This document shows, one piece after another, positions 51,299 through 64,000 of a stretch of 64,000 nt of DNA. Source of the DNA: Camelus ferus. Its lineage: Eukaryota. The notes under the pieces were generated by a model. The model did not search any database and was not told where the DNA came from. It was given only the letters and a program-made list of their open reading frames with translations. The DNA lies in contig NC_045696.1 of NCBI RefSeq assembly GCF_009834535.1, forward strand, positions 29,886,001 through 29,950,000, read 5' to 3'. The translations under genes were made by a program, and so were the position numbers. Position 1 is the first letter of the stretch. Each line of letters starts with the position of its first letter.

Positions 51299-52003
51299 GA
51301 AGCACCAAGGGATGCCTGCCTTAGGCAGAGTGTGCTGAGCAAGATGAGCCTCTGAGAATAAAACTGGGCAACATCACCACCGAAAAGAAACTGAGAAGGA
51401 GTTAATGAGGTGGTTGTGATGAAAGAGCTTGATGTTAGGTCACTCATGAAAATTCAGACTGGTCACAACATAAAATATCATGGAGAGGCCAAGGAACATG
51501 AAGGTAAGGCCAGTAAGGTGTATGCTGGATATTGCAGGTGGTGATGTTAATCACAGCAGTTCTTGTGGGATGGTGTGAAAAGAAGTGATATTGCAGTGGG
51601 TCAAGGCATGGAGGGAAGAGAGGACGAGAAAGTGCTGAGCCTAGACTCCTTAAAAGAAGTTTCGTAAGTTCAGTTATAAAAGAGTGATGGCTAGATATAA
51701 GTTCCTAGAGGAAATTTTCAAAGGATACACATTTTATCTAACATTTTAATGCTGTGATTTTAGACTTGGGGATTTAGGGATCAAACTTCAGGAAGGCAGC
51801 GACATCTGTACTAAACAAGGCTAGTGTAATCCTCAATGGGGCATAAATGACGGTGTGTATCTCTTGCTCTTGAGGCATAAAGCATATGTGCCAGCACGCG
51901 GGCAAGATAGCACAGGAAGTATTAATTGAAGGTGCTCTTTACCTGGCTTTCTGGGCCATGTGTTGTCCCTTACTGATCTTAAAGTTAGATGAAAGTGTAT
52001 TTC

Positions 52004-53187
52004 TGTGGAAGCAGCCCACTGCTGAGAAAAGAGAAACCCCAGATCTTTTTAAGCACTAGGTTTCAAATGATACCACTGACAGATGAGACAGTGCAGTGTG
52101 TAGAGATTTTAACAGACAGAGCAGATTCTTGTCTTCCCTCCTCAATCCATATAACATATTTACAAAAGACCTGTATATTAGTGGAAGTCAGTGTTGAGTG
52201 GTGGTTCTCAGTGCAGGGTGGTTTGCCTCTCCCTCAGGGGACATTTGGCAATATCTGGTGTCAAACTGGGGACTTGTTACTGTCATCTCATGGGCAAAAA
52301 CCAGCAATCCTGGTAAGCTTCCTATGATGCACAGGGCCTCCATACCCACAGCAAAGAGTTATCCAGCCCAAAATGTCAATAGTGGGGCACTTGAGAAATT
52401 CTGGTGTAGAGTTCCAAGAAAGGAGAGGAATCCTGCCTCCTCTCAACGATTCCTCAAAAGGAAGGGGTAGTATGCTTGAGTTCCTCATGAAGTTGTGGCA
52501 TTTAAGAACTGGAAGAAACTGGGATTCTACTGACAACCGAGTTTGAGAGTGGCAACCCATAAAGATGTCCTACCAGGTGGTCAGGGAGTCTGAGCATAAG
52601 AGGGGCTCCAATTCACCCCCTGAGTTTCTAGAAATTTATGTGGACTCAGGGAGATTGAGAGTAAGCGTCATGTGCTTGCCAGTGACCAAAGACAACATGG
52701 ACAGGGAATCTCCGTGCAGTCTCCATAAGGTCTAGCGGTACAAAGCCACCAGCTAAGCTTGTGGGAAACCAAGGGGTTTGTCTCTCACAGGGAACGGGAA
52801 ACCCAGGGGTTCTTCTCTGCCATGAATCATCATCCCAGATCTAACAGCTGTCCATCACCAAAGACTCTTCTGCCAGGAACAGCTCAAGACAGAGAGGTAG
52901 AGTTGTGTCCAGTCCCGAGGCAGCTGAGTGAGTTCCTAGGAGCTTGCAGTCAGGGCCCAAGGAAGGCCATTAGGAGGGCTTTGCAAACACCCTGCGATGG
53001 GCTTTAAATAAAATGGAGACTGCTTTAAACAAGCCAGAGCCAGAGAGAGTGAAAACCTCAAGTGGACTCAGTAAAGATGTCTGTATGAAGTAGGGAGGTC
53101 AGGAGCTTGGAATAAGTTGAAAGAAGTTCAGTTTCAGAACATCTGAATTTTATTGGCCTTTATTGCTGATATTTCAAATCCACTACA
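52004..53187 (+). mobile_element. Possible ancient long LTR (LTR78-like, tentative) hosting MER20
   Basis: TG...CA bounded block of about 1.2 kb ending 'aataagttg...acatctgaatttt...cactaca'. Weak recall match. Confidence 0.35.
52199..52403. mobile_element. MER20 hAT-Charlie element
   Basis: 'caggggacatttggcaatatctgg...atgcacagg...ttatccagcccaaaatgtcaatagtg...ttgagaaa'. 8-bp TSD GTGTTGAG/GTGTAGAG. Confidence 0.92.
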
Positions 53188-54829
53188 GATTGAAAAATTG
53201 ATATTGGATATTCAATTGTTACATTTCCTTTATTGAAGGATTGACTTCACTCTCTCCTTTTTACTAGGAATTAAAGTTGTACATGAAAGCACTTTACATT
53301 TTAATTGTGTTCATGCCAATTTTAGAGATACATTTCTTGTGCATACCGTAATTTTCTATCACAGTAAATTTAGTGATCACACTCTTCTGTGATTATCTTC
53401 TGACAATTGGCTACAATAGAATTTGTCCATGAATGTTTCTATAATACTATAAAACCGTATTCAATTTAAAGAAAAACATTGGAAAATGAGGAATTTGTAA
53501 AAGACAGTATCACTGGGACACCTAAATTTCAGGAAAATGGCAGTAGGGGCATGGTTTTATTAAAGAACAAAATACAGCTTGATTTTTATGGAGAATTGGT
53601 AAATAGTTGAAAAGATTGTTTTCTGAAATCTCCATAAGTAAACCTTTTTGTCTAGGTAGCCATTTGAAAAGCTTATAAGAAGCTTATAGGCATACTGCGG
53701 TATATTTAGATAAATTCAGGGAGAAAACGTAGCGGTGAGAATAAAAAAGTTTATCCTCTCCTTCTCCAATTTCTTTTCCTATTCCCTTTAGGAAATCCCT
53801 TACTCAGTATATAGCAGTTTCCTGAATGCACACAAGTGGCCCTTTTAGCAATCTCCTCCTCATTCTCGACAATAGAGATTTCTAACTTTCTTTTTGGTCC
53901 TGCCGATCACAGCCACATTCACCTCAGCTGCCTGAGACCCCTCTCTGTACTTCCCACCCTGTGCACGAAAGCCTTTCCCCATCACTCTTTTTCAGTTATG
54001 CACCCTATTGTCAGATTTCTACTGTAGAGAGAGAAGGGGCTGGGAGGAAGGAAGGTAAAGAGCTTAGGAAATGTGGGATAGGCAGCAATGAAGTGATGAC
54101 TGCAAAAGGACATAGTAGCTACAACCTCAAATGTGCGTTTCCCACTGCCCCCCTGCAGCTCAGCTCTGCCATTACACAGAATAAAATATGCTCTAGCTTA
54201 ACTGTGGAAATTTCCTGGGTTTCAGTCTATTACTTGAGCCAAGAATTTGGGGATTTGGGCTGCTGGTCTTTGTTTTCCTTTAAATATCCAGTGCTATTAG
54301 AAGCATCTGCTCACCCTGCAGTCCTTGAATGACTCCTTCCTGGCATACTGTTAGGTGGCGGTAGCTGTTTCTCAGTGCCTTCAATGAGCATTTTATTCCA
54401 TATTCCTATAGGTGAAACATGACTTGTAGATGTGCTATGTCTTGCTGGGTGTTGAGATCCTCCCCTTAGAATACTAGATGAACTTTTGGTTGCTTTGTTT
54501 TCAGCCCCAATTAAACAAGATGGTTAATTCCACACTTCTTATTTACCGCAACTGCTAAAGGTTAGACCCCTGGGGACACAACCTGGACTCCTTGTATATC
54601 ACAGGAGCTGCTCCAGTGTTACCTTCGCAACCTCTTCATGCTATCATTTTTCCTCCCAATAATCAGAATCCTTTACTTCAGAAACCACAGCTGCTCTCTG
54701 GTGAATTTAATCAGCCAAGCAATTTATTTGGGGAAAAAAAACCCCAGATATAATGGGAAATCTAGAGGAAAAAACTCAGAAAAACTCAAAACACCTAACT
54801 AGCTGGAAGCCCAGGCAAGGTCATCCAAA

Positions 54830-55162
54830 GGTGGATGACCAGTAGAGGAGGAGAGAGAGATTAGAGTGCTTATTCCCTTGTCTTTGCCCCAACAGGGTCT
54901 CCATGGACTGACTATATCCTTTCCTGAAGTGTTAGCTGCTGCAGGAGGTCCCATCCTGCTTTCTCCAACTTTCTGGGTCTCTGGGATCCTATAATTGCTC
55001 CTTCCCTTTGCTCCTTCAAATCTATGGGTGGTGATGGCAATATCCCCAGTGGTTTCCTGATACACTTCTCTCATTTTTGCAAATTGCTCCTTAATGAAAT
55101 CCTTCTCAAATTATCCTAATTTGAATCTGCCATCTGTTTCTGGGTGGGACCCTGAGTGATAA
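54830..55162 (+). mobile_element. LTR33-family ERVL LTR (3' part)
   Basis: 'gaggagagagagattagagtgcttattccc', 'ttccctttgctccttcaaatctatgggtggtgatggc', 'tctcaaattatcctaatttgaatctgccatctgtttc'. Confidence 0.75.
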
Positions 55163-56192
55163 AGCATCCTCAGAAATGATAAATGTCCTCTCTAAAGGAT
55201 ATTTTCTCCCTGTGGTCTAGAGCAGAGCTGTCCAGTAAGGAACACCACATGCCTCTTCTCTTTTTTCCCCGCTGTGGTCCTTTTCTGCTTTCTGACAATG
55301 GACACCCTTCAGGAAAGAGCAGCAATCTCAGGACTATTTTATTAGTAGTACTTCTATTACAAATACATGAAAGGACTTAGAGAAGAGACAGCCCAAGGCA
55401 AAATGATGTGAAATAGAGAAATCTGGGGGAAAATATCATGGAAGAGAGGAGAGTCTTCACTCTGGAACCTGTCAAGAAAGACACAAACTGGTCTTAGCAA
55501 AATATTACTTAATGTTCTTTATTCATAACATAGCACCTTATACTTGGGTGTGGATTTGGGCACTGGGAGGTAGGGTAAGAGCCTTAAAGAACAGGGTATT
55601 GGCCACTATCTACTGTTCAGTGTTAAATGAAATAGTGCTTTGTAAACTGCTTATGTGCTACAGGCTATGATGCTGGAATGAGTCATGTAGCCTGTTAGTG
55701 AACTAAACAGGCTGATTGGCATCCAAATATGAAATCAGCATACTTCAAAATTATAGACTTAGGAAGATCTCCAGATGTTTTGTTTTCAAGGAGATACTAA
55801 TGATTTTGTGCCCTAGTACCAGAATCTACCACTATACCTTCAGCTTTGTAGCTAAATGACACTTTTTCCTGTTTTATACGTTATATTATATTGTTGTAAT
55901 GGTTTAATGCATGGTTCTTTCCAGGTGTAATTTACTCTTGAGAAAAGGATTTGCAGAGTCTAGGCATTTTAAAGGAATTTTAAAAATGGGGAAATTTCAG
56001 ACACCAGAACAAGGGGATAATTGATACAATATATTCAGAGAAAATAGTTTGGGGGCACTTTTCATCACACTGTATGTGTGCAATTCCTTATTTTTTCCTA
56101 CACATGTGGCCAGAGGTAGATATTTCTTCCTGGTATGATCATACCCTTCTCAGCCTTATGAGAAAGAAAAGATGTTCCTTTTTAGAGCAAAA

Positions 56193-56627
56193 TGTAGCCA
56201 GTGCCCCTTCCGTGTCCCATCTGTACACAGACCAACACCCTACAGGCTGCTTAATGCTGCTTAATGCCTGTGTCTCTGCTTGGGGGCTTCAGTGCAGCTG
56301 TGGGGGGCATGCTTGCTCTGTACACACAGCAAGCTAAAGGGCCAGAGGGTTAATGCTCCAACCAATAACAGAGGGAGACCTAGTTGGTAAATATCTCAGC
56401 TTTTTCACCCCTTGATTGGCATAACATCATCTCCTCAGAGTGCCCTAATAGGACTGAGCCCACTTCCCGAATTGGTGACTAGACTGAGAACCCACCTTGT
56501 AATGGTCTCCTGCCCCTTCCTGTTACAGTTACACTCCCCCTAGTGGTGCTTCCTGGGATCACCTCATAAATTCTCTACACTTGAATCCTTGTCTTAGTGG
56601 CTACTTTGGGGAGAATCCAAACAGACA
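56193..56627 (+). mobile_element. LTR16A-like ERVL 5' LTR
   Basis: TG...CA; 'gccagagggttaatgc...ccaataaca', 'tgcttcctgggatcacctc', 'cttgaatccttgtct'. Confidence 0.85.
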
Positions 56628-58150
56628 GTGGGTTCCAAAAGTGGTCACAGGAGCAGACCCTCAAGACAACATTCTGGAACTGTATTTTCCACCTGCTAGA
56701 TGGCAGTGAGGTTCCTATTACTGGGGGTAAGCAGTGTGGTTGTAACTTCTCCTATGCTGAGATTCTTACCTGAGGTGAGTTGGGTTGGGTTACAGGGGAA
56801 GGAGACACTTTGATTCAGATAATACCTCAATTTCTTGAGAAGGATGATGCAATGGTAATTATAAGGATACAGCACTAATTGGTGTAAGTGCAACAGAAGA
56901 CTTATAGGAAAAAAGTGACAGATCTGAGGAAGTCAACTGTCAATTCCAGGCTTGGTATGACACAGATACACTCTCCTCCAACAGTGGGAGGACAAAAGGC
57001 TGACTGAAGTACAAAGTGAACTGACTTTACAGCCCTGGCAAGTTCCTTCGCTGGTGCTGGGGTCCTTTTGGGGGAAGAATGGGCACTGAGACTTGGGATG
57101 AAGATTTCCTGGTAGATACTTTGGGGAGAAATTATCCACCAAATGAGTTACAGAATCTATGTAATATGTACAGTAGGAACTGGGATAATATGCTTGGAAG
57201 TGAATGCTAAAATGCTAGACTGTCCTAAAGAGTGGGGAGTGGAATATAAGGCAGGAAAAGGCAGAGTTTATTGATACAAAACACACTTAGGAAATTCAAG
57301 ATTACTGTCCTGGAGGAGGTCCTGCAAGCTAGTTCTAATATTCTGTTGCAGTGGCTCCTTAGGATTTGGAAGAAATGACAGTCCACGGTAAATGAGGTGG
57401 ATTTGCCAGAACTTCCTTAGAAAATATTAAAGAAGAGATTAATAGTCTCAGGAATGTGAGTGTTAGAATGACTCTACTAGGTAATACTAGTGAATCAAAC
57501 AATTGACTGTGTCCTCTGGTGGGGTTCAGAGGGTACTCCTTTCTCTGAAGTAATAGGGAATGTGATAGTAAAGGGCACATGATGTTGTTAAGAAATAGGA
57601 ACTATCTTTCACAGACTGGTTTGTGGTAGGGAATTAGAATGACGGTGATTTGTGATTGTAGAGGCCATGTAACAATGTTTAACTATCAGATAATAGGGAT
57701 ATGATCCTTGTAGCAGGCAGTAAGTGTAGAGTCACAACCAGGAGGTCTTGATCTTTGGGAAAAACAGGACATCTAATTCACTGGAGCCTAAAGTAACAGA
57801 AGGGGAAGCACCCATTCCTAAGAACATAACTGAAAGTGATGGAGAGTCCTCAATACAATACCACCAATTAGAGACAAATCTGTCACTTGATGGCAAGTTG
57901 ATTGCATCAGTCCCCTTATATTCTAGGGGAACAGACAATTCATCCTTGCTTGGAAAGTATCTCCAGTATAGTTTTACTTTCCTGCCTGTAATGCTTCAGT
58001 TAGCACCAATGTCCAAGAATTTGAGATTACACTATAACATTGCCTTTATTCTATGACAATGGACACTTGACCATGATATTTACTGATCTCACCATAAACT
58101 GTATACTTCAGAAACTACCAGCCAGATAGAACTTTAACTGGGACTCTAAG
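56628..58150 (+). mobile_element. ERVL (ERV3-16A3-like) internal remnant with decayed gag and integrase
   Basis: Leader 'gggttccaaaagtggt...agcagaccctca'. Gag remnants AEFID (57261) and SNILLQWLLRIWKK*QSTVNEVDLPELP. Integrase remnant WQVDCISPL (57891). Many stops and large deletions. Confidence 0.85.
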
Positions 58151-58179
58151 AAGCTATTCCAAAGTTCTATCCATATCTC

Positions 58180-58335
58180 TGATAGTGGATAATGTCCTTT
58201 TACTGAGTTCTTTCCCTTCTTGGTCTTGCTTCTTCATTCCCCATTGATGTTTCCTGGGATCACATCAGAAATAAAATATTTGCCCTTGAATCTGTCCCAG
58301 AGTCTGCCTCTGTGGAATTACAGACCAGGAAAACA
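58180..58335 (+). mobile_element. Partial LTR16 3' LTR (R/U5)
   Basis: 'tttcctgggatcacatcagaaataaa...cttgaatctgtc', homologous to the end of the 5' LTR. Confidence 0.75.
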
Positions 58336-58374
58336 TAGCTGACTTAAAAGATGTATAACCAAATGATGCATGAT

Positions 58375-58850
58375 CTCTATCAGTTAGGTATAGGTTCAGC
58401 TGCAAGTAAGAGAAAAACCATACAATTAAAAGCTTAAATACACAGAGAGTTGTCTAATATAACAACAAACAAACTTGAACATCTTCAATCCAAGCTTGGC
58501 ACAGTCTCTCAATTATGTCAACAAGGACCCAGAATTTTTTTCAGGCCTTCATATACACTTCTATTGCCTCATGTCACAAGAAGGCTGCTATGCTTCTAGG
58601 CCTTACATCATTTTCCAGCCAAAAGAAAGTAGAAAACATTTAGAGGTAAAGACAGAATCAGCAGACATCAGTAGGACCTACATTTGTCAGTAGGAAGAGT
58701 AAGAACATGGATATCCATATTAGCAAGGAAGTTTGGAAAGTTGGAGCTTGAGTAGTTGAGTTTTTAACTTTTACAGCCTTTAAAATAAAGGCATGAGAGA
58801 AAGAGGATGGCAAGGGAAGTTCAGTCAGTCAACCCACAGTGTTACCATAT
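58375..58850 (-). mobile_element. MLT1J/L-like MaLR LTR
   Basis: 'tcagttagg...ttcagctgcaagtaa', 'tcaacaaggacccag', 'cctcatgtcacaagaaggctgct', 'gcaaggaagtttggaaa'. Confidence 0.75.
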
Positions 58851-60062
58851 GAATGCGAAAACTCAGAATTCTTTTTTAAAATTTGACCTAAGACCTAATT
58901 TTTGTTTGTTTAAATAAGTAAATAAATAATAAGTTACAATATAGATTACAATAACTCTCTAGAATTTTTAAAAGGAAAGCACTTAAAATAATTCACTATA
59001 TTCAGTTGTAAAGTTTTCATATGCCCCACTTATTAATTTGAAAAGTACACACCCAGCCCTTACTGTCTTCCGTGAACATCGCAGACAAGATTTATGCTTT
59101 ACTTGAGCCTCTGTTCTATGTATGAACTATTCAAACTGCTTGATTGAACAGAATAACTGACATAAACTTTTTCCTCTTTTGGGTCATAAAAATATATCAT
59201 AAAGTTTACAGTATATTTTATTCTAACTGTAAGAATAATTCTCCCCTCTTAACTGAAAAAAAAAATCAGAATTTATTTTTCTGAGCTTTAAGCTTTGTCA
59301 AGAGTTTCCAAATAATTTTTGACACTTATGTCTCTCCAAGTACAAAGACATCCAGAACCTTTAATTTCAAAAACTGTAAACTGTTACAATTTTAATAAGC
59401 ACAAAGTATTACCAAAAAATGAAGCAGGATATTCCTGGTTCTGCCCATAGCTGTGAATTATTGGCTACACCCCCATAGGCAACTGTTTGCTACAACTTGC
59501 ATCCTGCTTTGTAGACTCATGCTTTCCATTAAGTATCCTCAGATGAGAGCTGACACTAAAATTTGGAGCATTCAATTATTTTTATTTTTTTGTGGCAGCA
59601 AATGATTTTTCCTGTGCCAGTTCTGTCTGTTTGGCTAACGATCTTACATATTTTTAATTGCTATTTTTATTTGCACTCATATATTTTCACACCTTCTAGA
59701 AGTAACATAACAGCAAGATTTTTATCACCACAACTGGTGGACACCTGGGTCATTCCATCCACCATTTAGAGAAATATTCCCAAGCTGTATGTAACAAAGC
59801 TATTTCTATGTGCTCACTCACTTCACTCTGCAGCTTCTCTGAGAATTGTGTTTCTGTAGTTTAAAAAAATCCCTATGGAGATTTTTCATTTTTAAGTGCA
59901 TAAAATTTTAAAACCAAAATAGTATAAAATTATGAATAATATATAAACTTTACAGTGATCTTTGATTTAGCAAGAACAGTCTTTTCTCTAACTGTATCAA
60001 TAGAGTAGTTTATTAAAATATGCATTATAATCACATATAAATATTATTTCTGGAAGTTTAAC

Positions 60063-62419
60063 TTTTTTCATTGCAGATTTATTGAGGTATAATTGATGTA
60101 TAAAATTGTAAGATATTTAAAGTGTACATAGCAGCACTTTAATATACATATACTACATTGTAAAAAGACTTCCCCCATCTAGTTAATTAACATACAGATT
60201 ACCTCACATATTCATCTATCTTTGTTGTTGTAGTTGAAAACTTTTAAGTTCTACACTCAGCAACTTTCAGTTATACAATATAGTGTTATTAACTATCATC
60301 ACCATGTTTTACATTAGATCCTCAGACTTTATTCATTTTATAGCTGAAAATTTGTACATTTTACCAATCTCTCCCTATCTCCCCCCCCCACACATTCCCC
60401 CCATGCCGTGGCAACCAATCACTTTTTCTACTGTTTTTATGAGTTTGACATAAAAAAATTAATTCCACATATATGTGATACTATGCAGTATTTCTCTTTC
60501 TGTCTGGCTTATTTCATGTAGCATAATGCCCTCAAGGTCCAGACATGTTGCTGCAAATGGCAGGATTTTCTTCTTTCTCATGGCTGGTTAACATTGCCTT
60601 GTATATATACACCACATCTTTTTTTTATCCATTCACCTGTTAATGGGCACCTTGGTTACTTTCATACCTTGGTAATTATAAATAATGCTTCTGTGAATAT
60701 TGAGATGTATGTATCTTTTTGAATTAGTGCTTTTGTTTTCGGGGAGATATATGCTCAGGAGTGGAATTGCTGAGTCATTTGGTAGTTCTGTTTTTAGTTT
60801 TTTGAGAAATCACCATACTGTTTTCCACAGTGGCTGCACCAAATTACATTCCCACCAACAGTATAAGAGGGTTCCCTTTTCTCTACATCCTCACCAACAT
60901 TTTTTATCTGTGTTGTTTTTGATGATAGCCATTCTTACAGGTGTGAGATAATACCTCATTGTGGTTTTGATGTGCATTTTCCCGGTGATTTGCAATGTTG
61001 AGCATCTTTTCATGTGCCTGTAGGCCATCTGCATTTCCTCTTTGGAAGACTGTCTATTCAGTTCTTCTGCCCATTTTTTAAATTGGGTTCTTTGTTTTTT
61101 TGATGTTGAGTTGTCTGAGGTGTTTATATTGGATATTAACCTCTTATTGGTCATATCACTTGAAAATACTTTCTCTCATTCAGTAAGTCCCATTTGTTTA
61201 TTTTTGCTTTTGTTTCCTTTGCTTTAGGAGATGGATCCAAAAATATATTGCTGCAATTTATGTCAAAAAGTGTTCTGCCTGTATTTTCCTCTAAGAGTTT
61301 TATAGTATCTGGTCTTACATAAAGGTCTTTAATTCTTTTTGAGTTAATTTTTGTATATGGTGTTGAAGAATGTTCTAATTTCATTTTTTACATGGAGCTA
61401 TCCAGTTTCCCAGCACCACTTGTTGAAGAGACTGCCATTTCTCCATTGTATATTCTTGCCTCCTTTGTCATAGGTTAATTGACTCCAAGTATGAAAGTTT
61501 ATTTCTGGGCTTTTTATCCTGTTCCATTGATCTGTGTATCTGTTTTTGTGCCAGTACCATACTGTTTTGATTAATGTAGCTTTGTAGTATAGTCAGAAGT
61601 CAGGGAGCATGATTCCTCCAGCTCTGTTCTTCTTTCTCAAGGATTGTTTTGGCTATTCAGGGTTGTCTGTATTTCCATTATCATTTTAAAATTATTTGTT
61701 CCAGATCTGTGAAAGATGCTTTTGGTGTTTTGATAAGGATTGTATTGAATCTGTAGATTCCTTCTGGTAATATGGTCATTTTAACAATATTAATTCTTCC
61801 AATCCAAGAACATCTGTTTGTGTCATCTTCAATTTCTTTTATCAGTGTCATAGTTTTCCGAGTACAGGTCTTTTATGTCCTTAGGTAGGTTTATTCCTAG
61901 GTATTTTCTTCTTTTTGATGCAATGCTAAATGCATTTCCCTTTTTAATAACTCAGTGTCCAGAAATGCAAAATATTTCTGTATAATAATTTTCTATCCTG
62001 CAATTTTATTGAATTATCTGATCAGCTCTAGTAGTTTTCTGGTGGCATCTTTAGGATTTTCTATGTATAGTATCATGTCATTTGCAAACAGTGAGTTTTA
62101 TTTCTTCCTTCCCAATTTAGATTCCTTTTATTTGTTCTTCTCTGATTGCTGTGGATAAGATTTCCAAAACTATGTTGAATAAAAATGGCAAGAGTGAATA
62201 TTCTTCTTATTCCTGATCTTAGAGGAAATACTTTTAGCTTTTTACCACTGAGTATGGTATTAGCTGTAGATTTTTCATATATGGACTTTATTATGTTGAG
62301 GTATGTTCCCTCTTTGCCAACTTTCTGGAGCATTTTTATCATAAATGGATGTTGAACTTTCTCAAAAACTTTTTCTGCATCTATTGAGATGATCATATGG
62401 TTTTCATTCTTCAATTTGT
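60063..62419 (-). mobile_element. 5'-truncated L1 (L1MA9/early cetartiodactyl type): decayed RT through 3' UTR
   Basis: ORF-track peptides HMIISIDAEKVFEKVQHPFMIK, TPYTKINSKRIKDL and KKWAEELNR...KRCST are L1 ORF2. The catalytic FADD reads FAND at 62088-62077. Frameshifts and internal deletions are present. Confidence 0.95.
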
Positions 62420-62626
62420 CTTTCTCTTTCTGGCTTGCTTCACTTAGAATGACAATCTCTAGGTCCATCCACATTGCTGCAAATGGCATTATTTTATTAT
62501 GTTTTATTGCTGAGTAGTGTTCCATTATATAGATATATCACAACTTCTTTATCCAGTCATCTGTCGATGGACATATAGGTTGTTCCTATGTCTTAACTAT
62601 TGTAAATATTGCTGCTGTAAACATTG
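62414..62626 (-). mobile_element. Second L1 fragment (ORF2 extreme C-terminus) fused to the RT region of the neighbouring L1
   Basis: Encodes YSAIKHNKIMPFAAMWMDLEIVILSEASQKEKDK and joins through a shared ATTTGT at 62414-62419. Confidence 0.85.
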
Positions 62627-62734
62627 AAGTTTCATTTCAAGTGTGCTATAGGACAAAATTTAGTAACAACAAGCAGTTTCTGAGTCTGGTAAGGTTTAGA
62701 GACACTGGCCTCAAGGAATCTGCTTCTCAAATGC

Positions 62735-62990
62735 TTTTTTAAGAATGTATAATGACATAAGAACGTATATGTTTAAAGTCTGCAGTGTGATTATTCAATA
62801 TACATAGACATTGTGAAATGATTACAACAATCTATTTAACATAGCCATCAGCTAACATAATTACCATTTTGTATGTGCATGGTGAGAATGCTTACTATCT
62901 CCTTTCATAGCGAAGTTCAAGTATACAACACAGTAGTATTTAACTATATTCACTATCCTGTACATTATATACCTAGAATTTATTCATTCA
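62735..62990 (-). mobile_element. L1MA-type 3' UTR tip
   Basis: 'tatatgtttaaagt...cattgtgaaatgatta...ggtgagaatgctta...ttcaagtatacaacacagt...tattaactata'. Confidence 0.85.
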
Positions 62991-64000
62991 TTCAGTACTG
63001 ATCTAGCACACTAGACATAAGGACCCATCTATTAAGGACTCTTCTTTCATGAACACTGTAAATAGGACACTGACAACATTTCTTTAAAAATTTTTTTTGG
63101 ATTTTGGAAATCAACCAAAAGAGAACAAAAGTGAACAGCTTCTTACTTAGACATTAAAATGTTATTTATCAGTTTATAGTGATGCCTAGAAACTCTTTAT
63201 TTTTTAAAAATGTATGTTAAAATTTTGTTTAAGTTGATAATACATATCTCTGATTTGTAAAGTAAAACTATTAAGATGCAATTTATTTATATCACTTAAG
63301 AGAAACATCTTACAGTCAACTTCATTTACAATCTATAAAAATTTTCATTAATTTCTCATGTATTTTGTTGGACTTTCCTTTAAATATACCATATTCCTCC
63401 TCTTCCCATGAATAAATAAAAGGATTATTTACTCCATAGTTTTGAAAAACAGTATTAATTTTGAAAAATCCCAACATTTTGATGTTCTCTTATTTATTTT
63501 TTAAGACCAAGGATGAGAGCTGGTAGGCAAGCAAAGGTTGGTGATATAAGTGTAACTTATGATATACAGGAAAATACATTATTATCTTTGCACTCAAGGG
63601 CAATTGCACTTTAATTAATTATGTATTTCATATAATTATATGGATCTCTAACTTCTTCAGTTTGATAAGTTTGAATCTCCTTATTCCATAATTTTTATTG
63701 AGCAGATATTACATTTTTGCAAATTTAGGCTTTCTTTCAGGTAGAGACTTCTATAATTCCCTGATATATATGAACTATCTACATTATATAGTATATAAAT
63801 TGACTTCTGGTAAGCTACAAAATTCCTTACACAGATTATCCAAAGTCCAGCTACATAACATATCTTAGTAAAATTGTAAGAATTCTCCCTTTTAGTTGTG
63901 TAAATAAGTGGCATATATATGTAAGTAATAGTGTAAATAAATGGCCAGTTTTACAGTAAAAAACCCACGAAATTTATATACACAAAATATAATTATAAAA

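Larger units (their letters stand above)
49990..51720 (-). mobile_element. L2 fragment interrupted by a minisatellite and an LTR
   Basis: Antisense L2 segments 'gatcagaaaggcttcacagagg', 'ggcatgtttggaggaa', 'ttcagttttgcacatattga' and 'gaaactgagaaggag'. Confidence 0.65.

Noticed and set aside
50790..55162. Oppositely oriented LTR33-like pair as a composite element
   Set aside because: Proviral LTRs are direct repeats. These are diverged, independent solo insertions with unrelated DNA between them.
1..64000. Short ORFs in the six-frame track as host genes
   Set aside because: All are 157 aa or shorter, many start at non-ATG codons and lie in repeats, and none outside L1 resembles a known protein. 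This is expected background for mammalian non-coding DNA.
1..64000. Known miRNA, snRNA, rRNA, numt or processed pseudogene
   Set aside because: None recognised by eye. An Infernal/Rfam and BLAST search would be needed to exclude them formally.

Overview
AT-rich mammalian nuclear DNA, most likely camelid, inferred from a tRNA-Ala-derived vic-1-type SINE at about 49.1 kb. I recognise no host protein-coding exon, RNA gene or CRISPR array. The window reads as a large intron or gene desert, much of it ancient interspersed repeats: L2, MIR, L1M/lineage L1, MaLR, ERV1 and ERVL LTRs, and hAT-Charlie and Tigger DNA transposons, several nested with visible target-site duplications. The only ORF-track peptides resembling real proteins are decayed L1 ORF2 pieces; L2 endonuclease and ERVL gag/integrase remnants were found by manual translation. 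The best functional candidates are a CpG-enriched promoter-like module at about 30.2-30.95 kb, an exon-like unit on the minus strand at 40135-40261 and a repeat-free motif-rich block at about 46.6-47.3 kb. Structural oddities include a perfect 20-bp inverted repeat, a 28-bp minisatellite, an L2 relic that retains its endonuclease region, a deleted ERVL provirus and a microhomology-joined L1 chimera. I found no convincing novel biological system. Repeat family names are recalled from consensus sequences and need RepeatMasker/Dfam confirmation. Boundaries of old repeats are approximate.
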